From: an uncultured Oscillospiraceae bacterium
Lineage (GTDB): Bacteria; Bacillota; Clostridia; Oscillospirales; Ruminococcaceae
Direction of reading: 5' to 3'
DNA: 64,000 nt
NCBI GenBank assembly: GCA_964370165.1
Contig: CAYJIG010000001.1
Location: 32,292-96,291, forward strand
This document shows positions 55,575 to 64,000 of the stretch, piece after piece. Each line of letters starts with the position of its first letter. The stretch's first letter is position 1. The translations under genes were made by a program, and so were the position numbers. Under the pieces are notes generated by a model. The model worked only from the letters and a program-made list of their open reading frames with translations, was not told where the DNA came from and did not search any database.

Positions 55575-56255
55575 ATGCATGCTAAGTTTGGAGAGAACGC
55601 TACCGTTATGATGCAAATGAAAAATATGGACGATGGACATAAAAACGATAAAAGTTATAATGCTGTAAAAACGGAAAATGTTGGTGCTAAAGCACAGAAA
55701 AAAAGCAAGAAAATAGGATTTGCTATGCTTGCTCTTGGCCTTGTGGCAGTTTGTGCGGCAGTGCTGGTAGGACCGATGGTGGTAACTGACGCCGCAAGTA
55801 TAGGGAGCCAATCGGCTCCCGCGGCTGTTGAAGCAGTAAATCAACAAAGTGAGCAACCTGTGCTAGAAGAAGAGGTGTTTTCTGAGCCAGAGCAAGCAAT
55901 GGACGCCTTAGGTGTGCAGGTGGTTTTATCGGACGATTTGCCGGAAGACTTCACCTTGGAAAGCAGTAAAGCGGTCAACAATGAATGGGTAGAGCTGGTT
56001 TATACGCATAGCAGCGGAACAATATCGTTACGAATGGCACAAGGTAGCAGAGATTTGAGCGGTATTGTGGACGGCGACGAAGTTGCATATACAGTGAGCG
56101 AAACAGTAGATGGTATTATTCGTGGATATACCGGTGTTTCAGAAAAGAAACTGCTTACAGCAGTATGGACAAACGAAGGTATAGCATATGCAGTGGTGGC
56201 CGATGATGCGCTTGAGTCAGAATTGTTCAAACAATTTACTGAAAATGTGATATAG
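55575..56255 (+). CDS. Membrane-anchored hypothetical protein (C-terminal domain possibly DUF4367-like)
   Basis: One TM (IGFAMLALGLVAVCAAVLVG) followed by a ~150-aa extracytoplasmic domain. The start is uncertain (ATG 55575, 55608, 55611 or 55617). Confidence 0.6.
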   Translation: MHAKFGENATVMMQMKNMDDGHKNDKSYNAVKTENVGAKAQKKSKKIGFAMLALGLVAVCAAVLVGPMVVTDAASIGSQSAPAAVEAVNQQSEQPVLEEEVFSEPEQAMDALGVQVVLSDDLPEDFTLESSKAVNNEWVELVYTHSSGTISLRMAQGSRDLSGIVDGDEVAYTVSETVDGIIRGYTGVSEKKLLTAVWTNEGIAYAVVADDALESELFKQFTENVI

Positions 56256-56269
56256 CAAAACGATTTAAA

Positions 56270-56313
56270 AGGCACATTCTTAGACTTTTAGGTTTAAGAA
56301 TGTGTCTTTTTTT
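56270..56313 (+). terminator. Rho-independent terminator
   Basis: CACATTCTTA (56272-56281) pairs with TAAGAATGTG (56294-56303), followed by an 8-nt T-run. Confidence 0.8.
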
Positions 56314-56505
56314 GTACGTTATGTATCTTATTCCTGTATAAAATGTGACTTTTAGTATAAAAAACACAAAAATATACTGAATTGATTTGCTAGATGAGTA
56401 AAAATACGGTATGATATATATGTGATGATGCAATCGAGCAAAGGTCATCTAATAGCGAATAAATATATGCTATGTTTTAAATTTACAAGCAAGGAGGATT
56501 GACCA

Positions 56506-57696
56506 GTGCAAGTGATAAACATGAAAGTAAAGATGCTGGGAAGTTTTTCTGTGTGGGTAAATGGGAAACCTATATTAAGTGACGCGAAAAAACTGACAAA
56601 ACCGTGGCAATTGTTTTGCTATTTGGTGTTGCACAGGGATAAATTTGTTACAACACAACAGCTGATCACATTACTGTGGCCAAATGGCACATTGGCTGAA
56701 TCGACAAATGTACTAAAAAATGTGGTATACAGCTTGCGAAAAGAGCTGTGTGGTGGCGAGAGCTTGACAGATAGTCCAATTATTTATTTCACGGGTGGAT
56801 ATCGGTTTGATCCTGCTGTGGATTTAGAGCTTGATGTGGATGTGTTTTCTAAGTTGTGCGATGATGTGGGCACCTCGCCTGAAGAAAAAAGATTGAGCTT
56901 ATATGAAGAAGCGGTAAATGCCTATACAGGAAGGTTTCTTCCGCAGCTTGATCAGGATTTATGGGTGGTGCCAAAAGCTCTTGAATACAAACAAAAATAT
57001 AGCAAATGTGTGCATGGGCTTTGCGATTTACTTTGGAAAGAAGAAAAATACAAAGAACTTTTGGACGTGGTATCAAAAGCAATTGAGTTTGATTTGCTTG
57101 ATGAAATAAGCACGGTATATCTGTTTAGAGCTATGTGGGAACTAAAGATGTATCGCGTGATTGTTACGACATATTCTCGCATGTCTCAGCAATATAAAAA
57201 TATCTTTGATGGCGGGTTTCCACAAAAAATACAAGATATTTATAATGATGCTTCAGAAAAAATCAATAAAGTGGAACAAGACATCATCCTGATTAAAGCA
57301 GAACTGACAAACGAGGAACAAACGGCTAGGCCGCAAAGAGGTGCGTATTTCTGTAGCTACCCAAACTTGCGAAGCAGTTATGGATTGTTAAAACGTGCGG
57401 TGGATCGTAGCGAGCAAGTGTTAATGTTGGCCTTGTTTACCATTTCTATTCCATCGCCTGACGAGATGGACGGATATGATTTAGTACGTGCTATGGCAGA
57501 GTTTAAGATAGTGGCCATGAATACTTTACGTAAGACCGACGCTATTGCAAGATATTCGCACAATCAATATGTAATGCTTATCAGTGTGACATCTTTAGAA
57601 GATGGACGGCTGGTACGTGATAAAATTAAGAAAAATTACGCTAAAGCAATTTCATATAAAAAAGTAAGCATAGATGTGAAATTGGCAGAAGTATAG
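56506..57696 (+). CDS. SARP/BTAD-type transcriptional regulator fused to a degenerate GGDEF-like domain
   Basis: N-terminal OmpR-type wHTH (MLGSFSVWVNGKPI...LFCYLVLHRDKFVTTQQLITLLWP), helical BTAD-like middle, and C-terminal RKTDAIARYSHNQYVMLI where GGDEF would sit. GGAGG lies 8 nt before GTG 56506. Confidence 0.75.
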   Translation: MQVINMKVKMLGSFSVWVNGKPILSDAKKLTKPWQLFCYLVLHRDKFVTTQQLITLLWPNGTLAESTNVLKNVVYSLRKELCGGESLTDSPIIYFTGGYRFDPAVDLELDVDVFSKLCDDVGTSPEEKRLSLYEEAVNAYTGRFLPQLDQDLWVVPKALEYKQKYSKCVHGLCDLLWKEEKYKELLDVVSKAIEFDLLDEISTVYLFRAMWELKMYRVIVTTYSRMSQQYKNIFDGGFPQKIQDIYNDASEKINKVEQDIILIKAELTNEEQTARPQRGAYFCSYPNLRSSYGLLKRAVDRSEQVLMLALFTISIPSPDEMDGYDLVRAMAEFKIVAMNTLRKTDAIARYSHNQYVMLISVTSLEDGRLVRDKIKKNYAKAISYKKVSIDVKLAEV

Positions 57697-57715
57697 TGTG
57701 GAAGTATATTATAAA

Positions 57716-57768
57716 TAAAAACGCTCTTGCAGACGATGAAACAGCATCGGTTGCAAGAGCGTTTTTTA
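57716..57768. terminator. Bidirectional terminator between convergent genes
   Basis: AAAACGCTCTTGCA (57717-57730) pairs with TGCAAGAGCGTTTT (57752-57765). Confidence 0.85.
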
Positions 57769-57775
57769 TTTGAGT

Positions 57776-59620
57776 TTAAAGGCGGTTGTCGGCATAAAAA
57801 TCATACCCTTTAGCGCGAATGGCATAGTCCATAGCAGGCACAGATACATCGGCGCCAAGAAGCTGAACAAAAACGGGTTTTTCACCGGCATTGACAGCAA
57901 TTTCAACTACTTCGTCGCCATCGGTGCGTTTATACACCAGCACACCTTGTTTTGCGTAAGAAAAAGAGATAGAGCCCGACTTGAAAGCAGAACAATGTTT
58001 TCGCAGCTTCGATAAGCGAATCATCAATGTGATAAGCTGAGTTTCGCTACTGTTCCAGTCATAATAACCGCGATTGAAGGGATCGGCGTAGCCCTGCATA
58101 GCGATTTCATCACCGTAATACACACAAGGGATGCCCGGAAGGGTGAACTGCAACACAAAGGCTAGTTTCAGGCGCTTGATACCGACATGGAATTGCTCAA
58201 AAGAAAGGCGACGACCACTTTGCCAGTTGCGGTCATGGTCTACCACCGGCTCGCCGGCCAAGGCAGTGATGGCACGCTCGGTGTCATGGGTAGATAAATG
58301 GGTGGTGCAAGCATGCAGTGCAGGCGCGGGATAGTTTTCGCATATTTCCATGATTTGGCGCGTGAAAAGCGGGGCATCTTTAGTCTGGAGATACTCCAAA
58401 ATAGCCGTACGGAATGGATAGTTCATAACTCCGTCTAGCTCTTCGCCTAAAAAGTAACGACGACGAACATGATATGCTTCCTTCAAAGAAGCATCTTCCC
58501 ACACTTCGCCAATAAGCAGGTTGTCTTTACAATTTCGCTTAACCGCAGTGCGAATTTCGGCAATGAAATCATCAGGTAACTCGTCGGCCACATCAAGACG
58601 GAAACCTGACGCACCAAGACCTATCCAATGATCTATAACACCGCCTTCGCCGGTAATAAACTTTCGAAAATCAGGGTTTTGCTTGTTACAAGCAGGCAAA
58701 GTGTCAAAACCCCACCAGCTGTCGTAAGTACCGTCAGGATGGAAATGGAACCAGCTTCGATAAGGGCTTTTAGAGCCCTGAAATGCACCGTTGCCAGGAT
58801 AACGACCCTCTTTATTAAAATAAATAGAGTCAGACCCGACGTGGCTGAACACGCCGTCTAAAATGATTTTGATTCCTAAAGTAGACGCTTCTTCGCAAAG
58901 TTTTGCAAAATCTTCGTTTGTGCCAAGATATGGGTCTACCTTTAAGTAGTCGGCGGTGTTGTAGCGATGATTTGAATGAGACTCGCAAATGGGATTTAGA
59001 TAAATCCAGGTGACGCCCAAAGAATAAAGGTAAGGAAGACGTTTTTGTATGCCGGCCAAATCCCCGCCATAGTAATCAAGAGTTAGGCTACCATAGCTTT
59101 TTGTCTCGCCCCAGAAATAAGGGGGATTTTGCTTATCTTGGCGATAAATACGTTCCCTAAAAGCATATGGCTTGTCGGGATTGCCCTCAAAAAATCTATC
59201 AGGAAAAATGTGGTACATCACACCGCCAAGTGCATGAGGTGGCGTTTTAAAGTCGGAATTATAAACAGTAAGAGGGAATTTCTTGCCATCAGTTGTTGAT
59301 AAAATAGCCTCGCCACTGACGTCTTTAAAAAGCTTTTGATAATTTGACCATAAATCGAACCAGTAAAAATACAGCCCGGCTATATCCACAGATAATTTCA
59401 CACTAAATAAATCAACAGTGGAGTCATCGGTAGTATTTTTTATGGAGTACAAGGGGTATTGTTGCGCCTCAAACTGACCATCTGCTTCTAAAAAAAGCAC
59501 AGGTGTTTTACAGTTGAGATGCTTAGGAAGCCGAAGGGTAAAGGTGATTTCTTCTCCTGTTTGCACAGCGCCAAAAGGCGACTTGTGAAAAAGGTCTTGG
59601 CTGTTATAAATGGATGGCAT
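57776..59620 (-). CDS. GH13 alpha-glycosidase (neopullulanase/cyclomaltodextrinase-like)
   Basis: N-terminal beta-sandwich domain, DGVFSHVG, GFRLDVADE, EVWE and LSTHDTER are GH13 regions I-IV. Confidence 0.9.
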   Translation of the reverse strand: MPSIYNSQDLFHKSPFGAVQTGEEITFTLRLPKHLNCKTPVLFLEADGQFEAQQYPLYSIKNTTDDSTVDLFSVKLSVDIAGLYFYWFDLWSNYQKLFKDVSGEAILSTTDGKKFPLTVYNSDFKTPPHALGGVMYHIFPDRFFEGNPDKPYAFRERIYRQDKQNPPYFWGETKSYGSLTLDYYGGDLAGIQKRLPYLYSLGVTWIYLNPICESHSNHRYNTADYLKVDPYLGTNEDFAKLCEEASTLGIKIILDGVFSHVGSDSIYFNKEGRYPGNGAFQGSKSPYRSWFHFHPDGTYDSWWGFDTLPACNKQNPDFRKFITGEGGVIDHWIGLGASGFRLDVADELPDDFIAEIRTAVKRNCKDNLLIGEVWEDASLKEAYHVRRRYFLGEELDGVMNYPFRTAILEYLQTKDAPLFTRQIMEICENYPAPALHACTTHLSTHDTERAITALAGEPVVDHDRNWQSGRRLSFEQFHVGIKRLKLAFVLQFTLPGIPCVYYGDEIAMQGYADPFNRGYYDWNSSETQLITLMIRLSKLRKHCSAFKSGSISFSYAKQGVLVYKRTDGDEVVEIAVNAGEKPVFVQLLGADVSVPAMDYAIRAKGYDFYADNRL

Positions 59621-59680
59621 ATAACCTCCCGTTGCTTAGCAGTGGCCGATGAATGATATCGATTAAAATACAAAATGAGT

Positions 59681-62089
59681 TTATCTAACAGGATCCGCAG
59701 ACCAGATGTTTTTGGCGTATTCTGTGACAGAACGATCGGCCGAGAATATGCCACTACCTGCGATGTTTGAAAGGCTCATGCGGGTGAACTGGTCTTTATC
59801 AAGATAAATGTCAGACAAGCGCTGAACTGCATTGCGATAATCCACAAAATCGGCCATAACCATATATGGATCTTTTGTGGTTAGGTTGGTGACGATATCT
59901 TGGAAGTTCTCACCGCCCCAACCTTTTTGTAAGAAGTCTAATACTTCTTTTGCGACATTATCTTGCTGAATGTAAACCGAAGGATGATAACCCTCTTGCT
60001 TTTTGATGTCTACTTCCTCGGTTGTCATGCCAAACTGGATGAAGTTCTCGTCGCCCACGGCTTGTGCAATTTCAACGTTAGCACCGTCGTATGTTCCCAG
60101 TGTGATGGCACCATTTAGCATGAATTTCAAGTTGCCGGTACCTGAGGCTTCGGTACCCGCCAAAGAAATTTGCTCGCTTATTTCCGAGGCCGGCATCAGT
60201 AGCTCGCTGGTTGTTACATTGTAGTCTTCTAAATATACAATACGTAAAAGATCGCGTACCGCAGGGTCAGACTCGATCAAATTGCCCAGTTTTACAATCA
60301 GGCGAATCATTTGTTTCGCCATGTAGTAGCCCGGCGCCGCCTTTGCAGCAAAAATATATGTTTTCGGCACCACGTTAAGGTTGGGATTGTTTTTCAAGGC
60401 AAGATACTGTGCGGCGATGTTTATTGCGTTCAAGTGCTGACGTTTATATTCGTGCATACGTTTCACTTGGCAGTCGAAAATAGAAGAAGGATCGATGATT
60501 TGACCTGTTTTTTTCATCAAGTGGTTGGCAAAAGAAACCTTGTTGGCTTTTTTTACTTCGTATAAACGCTCAAGCACTTTTTTGTTGGTTCTGAATTTTG
60601 CAAATTTTTGTAGTTGAGAAGCATCTTTTTTGAACTTGGGCCCGATGACACTTTCCAGTAAATCTGTCAAGCCGGGGTTTGACTGTAATAGCCAGCGTCT
60701 ATAGGCGATACCGTTTGTGACGTTGGTGAATTTCTCGGGACAATACAAGTAATAATCATGAAACACTGTTTCTTTTATGATTTCACTGTGAAGCTGAGAC
60801 ACGCCATTGATGGAATGAGAAACATAGCAACAGATGTTTGCCATGCGAATATTTCCTTCACCAATAAGCGCCATATAGTCAATTTTGCCGGTGTCGCCGG
60901 GGAAAGCTTCTTCAAAGTCGCGCCTAGCCCTGTTGTTCATTTCGTTCACAATGCTGTAAATACGTGGTAGAGTGCGACGGAAAATGTCCACCGGCCACTT
61001 TTCGAGAGCCTCGCTCATGACAGTGTGGTTGGTGTATGCAAAAGTTTTACTGCAAATTTCAAACGCGACTTCCCAACTGTACCCGCAATCATCTAGGAAA
61101 ATGCGCATCAGCTCGGGAATGGCCAAGGTAGGATGAGTATCGTTTATATGAATGGCAACTTTGTCTGCCAAGTTGTCCAGCGTGCCATATTGTGCCAGGT
61201 GGTTTTGAACAATATCACCCACCGAAGCGGCCGAAAGAAAATATTGCTGGCGAAGACGTAAAATCTTGCCTTCAATATGATTATCGTTTGGATATAAAAC
61301 TTTTGAAATTAGCTCTACATTAGCGTTTTGTGTGAGCGCAGTGTCATAGTTTCCGGCGTTGAAAGCACCCATATCAAAACTGGGAGCCTTTGCGTTCCAC
61401 AACCGAAGCTGAGACACACCTGCCGAGTCGTATCCGGAGACATACATGTCATAAGGCACTGCCTTTACCAGCGAATAGTTTTTGTGGTTTACATAATGGA
61501 AATCGCCGTCCCAGATTTCTTCTATTTCGCCATCAAAACGCACATCTATGGTGTTTTCAGAGTGACTTTTTAGCCATACGGAACCACCGGGTAGCCAGTT
61601 GTCGGCAAGTTCTTCCTGCCATCCGTCCACGATAACTTGCTTGAAAATGCCATATTCATATAAAATAGAATATCCGGTAGCGGGAATATCACAAGTGGCA
61701 AGGCCGTCCATATAACAAGCGGCCAAGCGACCAAGACCGCCGTTGCCAAGGCCTGCGTCGGGTTCTCGCTCGTATAAATTTTCCAGCTTCACATCGTGCT
61801 CGGCCAAAACACTTTCGGCTAATTTATTCAAGTTTAAGTTAAACAAGTTGGTTTTAAGGGAGCGTCCCATCAAAAATTCCATGCACAAATAATACACTTG
61901 CTTTGCATTTTGGCCATAGGTATGGGACATGAACTGCTTTCTTTGGGCGCTGAGCATGCGCCGGCATAGCCGAGCAAGACCACGATATAAATCTTCCTCT
62001 GCGGCAGATTTCAAATCGGTATTAAGTTCACTAAGCAGAATGTTCTGAAAGGCTTTTTCAAATTCTCTTTTTGTCATTTTTTGACTCAC
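59681..62089 (-). CDS. glgP: Glycogen/maltodextrin phosphorylase
   Basis: GLGNGGLGRLAACYMD, the EASGTGNLKFMLNGA pyridoxal-phosphate lysine motif, and TNHTVMSEALEKW. GAGGTG lies 6 nt before in-frame GTG 62089 (ATG 62077 is also possible). The 62221 start in the ORF track is unlikely. Confidence 0.95.
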   Translation of the reverse strand: MSQKMTKREFEKAFQNILLSELNTDLKSAAEEDLYRGLARLCRRMLSAQRKQFMSHTYGQNAKQVYYLCMEFLMGRSLKTNLFNLNLNKLAESVLAEHDVKLENLYEREPDAGLGNGGLGRLAACYMDGLATCDIPATGYSILYEYGIFKQVIVDGWQEELADNWLPGGSVWLKSHSENTIDVRFDGEIEEIWDGDFHYVNHKNYSLVKAVPYDMYVSGYDSAGVSQLRLWNAKAPSFDMGAFNAGNYDTALTQNANVELISKVLYPNDNHIEGKILRLRQQYFLSAASVGDIVQNHLAQYGTLDNLADKVAIHINDTHPTLAIPELMRIFLDDCGYSWEVAFEICSKTFAYTNHTVMSEALEKWPVDIFRRTLPRIYSIVNEMNNRARRDFEEAFPGDTGKIDYMALIGEGNIRMANICCYVSHSINGVSQLHSEIIKETVFHDYYLYCPEKFTNVTNGIAYRRWLLQSNPGLTDLLESVIGPKFKKDASQLQKFAKFRTNKKVLERLYEVKKANKVSFANHLMKKTGQIIDPSSIFDCQVKRMHEYKRQHLNAINIAAQYLALKNNPNLNVVPKTYIFAAKAAPGYYMAKQMIRLIVKLGNLIESDPAVRDLLRIVYLEDYNVTTSELLMPASEISEQISLAGTEASGTGNLKFMLNGAITLGTYDGANVEIAQAVGDENFIQFGMTTEEVDIKKQEGYHPSVYIQQDNVAKEVLDFLQKGWGGENFQDIVTNLTTKDPYMVMADFVDYRNAVQRLSDIYLDKDQFTRMSLSNIAGSGIFSADRSVTEYAKNIWSADPVR

Positions 62090-62392
62090 AAGTAACACCT
62101 CAATTTTTAGTTTTGACCTGTTTGTTTGCGTATGCCAAGAACACCTGTGAAAATATCCACAGATAAGGAAAAGTATATTCAAATTGTAGACCTGAAAAGA
62201 ACTCAAAGTCTTCATGTACATTGATTATAACGGAAAACAAGAATTAAAACAATACAATAATTTTATATAACGTCAAGTTTTTCTGTAAAAAAAGTGAAAA
62301 GGCTTTTTTTTCGCAAGGATTTATACTATACTAATTTAAGAGGAATGTATTATTATATAATAGAATAATAAGTGAAATATAGGAGGCAAAAC

Positions 62393-62875
62393 ATGTCGGC
62401 GAGCAAAGTTAAACTTGAAATTTGTGGTTCCAGCTATATGGTATCCACCAACGACCCTGAAGACTACTTGTTGGGTCTGGCAGAGCGTCTTGATAATGAT
62501 ATGAATCAGATTATGCTGAATACACCAAACGCCAGCGTGACGGCCGCGGCTGTGATGACAGCATTGGCATATTTGGACGAGGCGGAAAAAAGCGCGTTTC
62601 GTGCAGATAATATGCGGGCGCAGATACAGGGTTATCTGGAGGATGCTGCCAAGGCAAGAACACAGGCAGAGGAAACTAAACGTGAGCTACAAAAACTAAA
62701 AAATGAAATGCAGTATGGCGTGAATGATTCTGCACGCAACGCCCAAAAGCAAGAGTCGCTTTTGAATTACGGCCAAAAAAGTGTGTTAAAACGTGACGCA
62801 AAACCGGCGATAAGCGTACAAAAGCAAGAGCTGGACGGTCAAATGGAGCTGAATGAAAAGACAGATGGAAAGTAG
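62393..62875 (+). CDS. zapA: Cell division protein ZapA
   Basis: KVKLEICGSSYMVSTNDPEDYLLGLAERLDNDMNQI is the ZapA domain, followed by a coiled coil. AGGAGG lies 6 nt before ATG 62393. Confidence 0.85.
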   Translation: MSASKVKLEICGSSYMVSTNDPEDYLLGLAERLDNDMNQIMLNTPNASVTAAAVMTALAYLDEAEKSAFRADNMRAQIQGYLEDAAKARTQAEETKRELQKLKNEMQYGVNDSARNAQKQESLLNYGQKSVLKRDAKPAISVQKQELDGQMELNEKTDGK

Positions 62876-62881
62876 CAAAAT

Positions 62882-64000
62882 ATGAGTCAAAGCCTGCAGA
62901 TTTTAGCTCCGGCCGGAAACACAGACATGCTGAAAGCGGCTGTTTACAGTGGCGCTGATTGTGTTTACTTAGGAGTAAAGGGATTTAATGCACGGCGTAT
63001 GGCCGACAACTTTGAAAATGATGCGCTGCATGAAGCAGTGCAGTTTTGTCATGCACGGAACTGTAAAGTGCATGCAGCGGTGAACACTGTGGCGTTGCCA
63101 ATGCGCCAAGATGGCCTGGAAGAGGCTATCTGTCAGGTACGCGATGCCGGATGTGACGCTATTATTGTACAGGATTTGGCCGCGCTAAAGCTTGCAAAAC
63201 GCATAGCGCCAAACTTGCCTATACATGCATCTACCCAAATGGGTGTACATTCTTTGGCAGGTGTGCAAAAACTGGCCGATTGGGGTTTTTCCTGCGCCAT
63301 ATTGGCTCGTGAGCTAAAAGAAGAAGAAATTGCCGAAATAGCGGCAAAAAGCCCGATAGATTTGGAAGTGTTTATACATGGTGCGCTTTGTGTTTCGATG
63401 AGTGGACAGTGTTATGCCAGTGCGTTTTTGGGTGGACGTAGCGCCAACAAAGGAGCATGTGCAGGGCCGTGCCGCTTACCGTTTTGTATGGAAGATGAAA
63501 TGCATGCACAAAAAGACACATATCGATTGTCGCTGAAGGATTTTTCTGTTATCGATGCATTACCGCGCCTTGAAAAAATGGGTGTTGCGGCGGCGAAAAT
63601 TGAAGGCAGACTTCGTGGGCCTGAGTATTGTGCCGTGGCGGTGGATAGCGCAAAAAAAGCACTAAACGGCGAAGAATATGACAAAAAGTTGTTGCAAGAG
63701 GTGTTTAGTCGAAGCGGCCTGACGGGGGGATGGTTTTCGGGAAAACAAGGCATTGAAATGTTTGGTGTGCGCACAGAGGAAGACACCAAAGCCACAAAAA
63801 AAGCATGGCCAAAGGCGAAAGAGCTGTATCGCCGTGAAAAAGCACGGGTTGCAGTAGACATGAAGCTGTTTTTGTGCAAGGAAGGCGCAAGACTGTTGGT
63901 GAGTGACGATGTTTGCACCGTGGAAGAACGCATGGAACAGCCATTGGACACAGCAAAGGATGCATCGGTGAAGTCTTTACAGCAAGCACTGGCAAAAACC
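62882..64000 (+). CDS. Peptidase U32-family protein (partial; runs off the window end)
   Basis: My own translation from ATG 62882: MSQSLQILAPAGNTDMLKAAVYSGADCVYLGVKGFNARR...IHASTQM...ELEVFIHGALCVSMSGQCY...GACAGPCRLPF, which are U32 signatures. It is absent from the ORF track because there is no stop codon before position 64000. Confidence 0.85.
   Translation, partial: MSQSLQILAPAGNTDMLKAAVYSGADCVYLGVKGFNARRMADNFENDALHEAVQFCHARNCKVHAAVNTVALPMRQDGLEEAICQVRDAGCDAIIVQDLAALKLAKRIAPNLPIHASTQMGVHSLAGVQKLADWGFSCAILARELKEEEIAEIAAKSPIDLEVFIHGALCVSMSGQCYASAFLGGRSANKGACAGPCRLPFCMEDEMHAQKDTYRLSLKDFSVIDALPRLEKMGVAAAKIEGRLRGPEYCAVAVDSAKKALNGEEYDKKLLQEVFSRSGLTGGWFSGKQGIEMFGVRTEEDTKATKKAWPKAKELYRREKARVAVDMKLFLCKEGARLLVSDDVCTVEERMEQPLDTAKDASVKSLQQALAKT

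Noticed and set aside
1-64000. CRISPR arrays, tRNA/rRNA genes, transposases, integrases, prophage or toxin-antitoxin modules
   Set aside because: I saw no regularly spaced direct repeats, no tRNA-like T-arm/acceptor patterns, and no ORF with recombinase, transposase or phage structural motifs. The only tandem repeats are in-frame Pro-rich or Ser/Asp-rich coding repeats.

Overview
This 64-kb window looks like core chromosome from a Firmicutes (Clostridia-like) genome. The evidence for that is a T-box leader on thrS, an Asp23-YloV(DAK2) pair, YqgF/RuvX, and AGGAGG-type ribosome-binding sites. I support about 54 protein-coding genes. Most are housekeeping: lysS, ruvX, secA, thrS, argH, serA, galE, pncB, prs, plsC, glgP, zapA, HU and HtrA. 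Small functional modules sit between them: (1) a zinc-ribbon/ABC-2 exporter operon (1.7-7.0 kb); (2) an orphan IolB-like, AlsE-like, Fe-ADH and transaldolase sugar cluster (7.1-11.1 kb); (3) a PadR-DUF1700-DUF4097-PspC envelope-stress-type operon (23.7-26.0 kb); (4) a GntR(YtrA-like)-ABC module (45.1-47.0 kb); (5) an S24/LexA-like repressor with a radical-SAM protein and a TIGR03915/DUF4130 protein, divergent from a small membrane-protein gene (47.1-50.6 kb); (6) glycogen/maltodextrin genes (GH13 enzymes and glgP). By eye I found no rRNA, tRNA, CRISPR array, transposase, integrase or prophage genes. Overall the region is ordinary and syntenic-looking, not an accessory island. The observations most worth a second look are: the damage-response-like radical-SAM/DUF4130 operon and the small divergent membrane protein (a positional analogue of SOS division inhibitors); a ~155-bp composite palindromic element in a 3' UTR (13017-13172); the mirrored zinc-ribbon proteins in the ABC-2 operon; a DHQS-like protein with substituted catalytic residues; and a BTAD regulator fused to a degenerate GGDEF domain. 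All family assignments come from motif recognition by eye. No database search was run.
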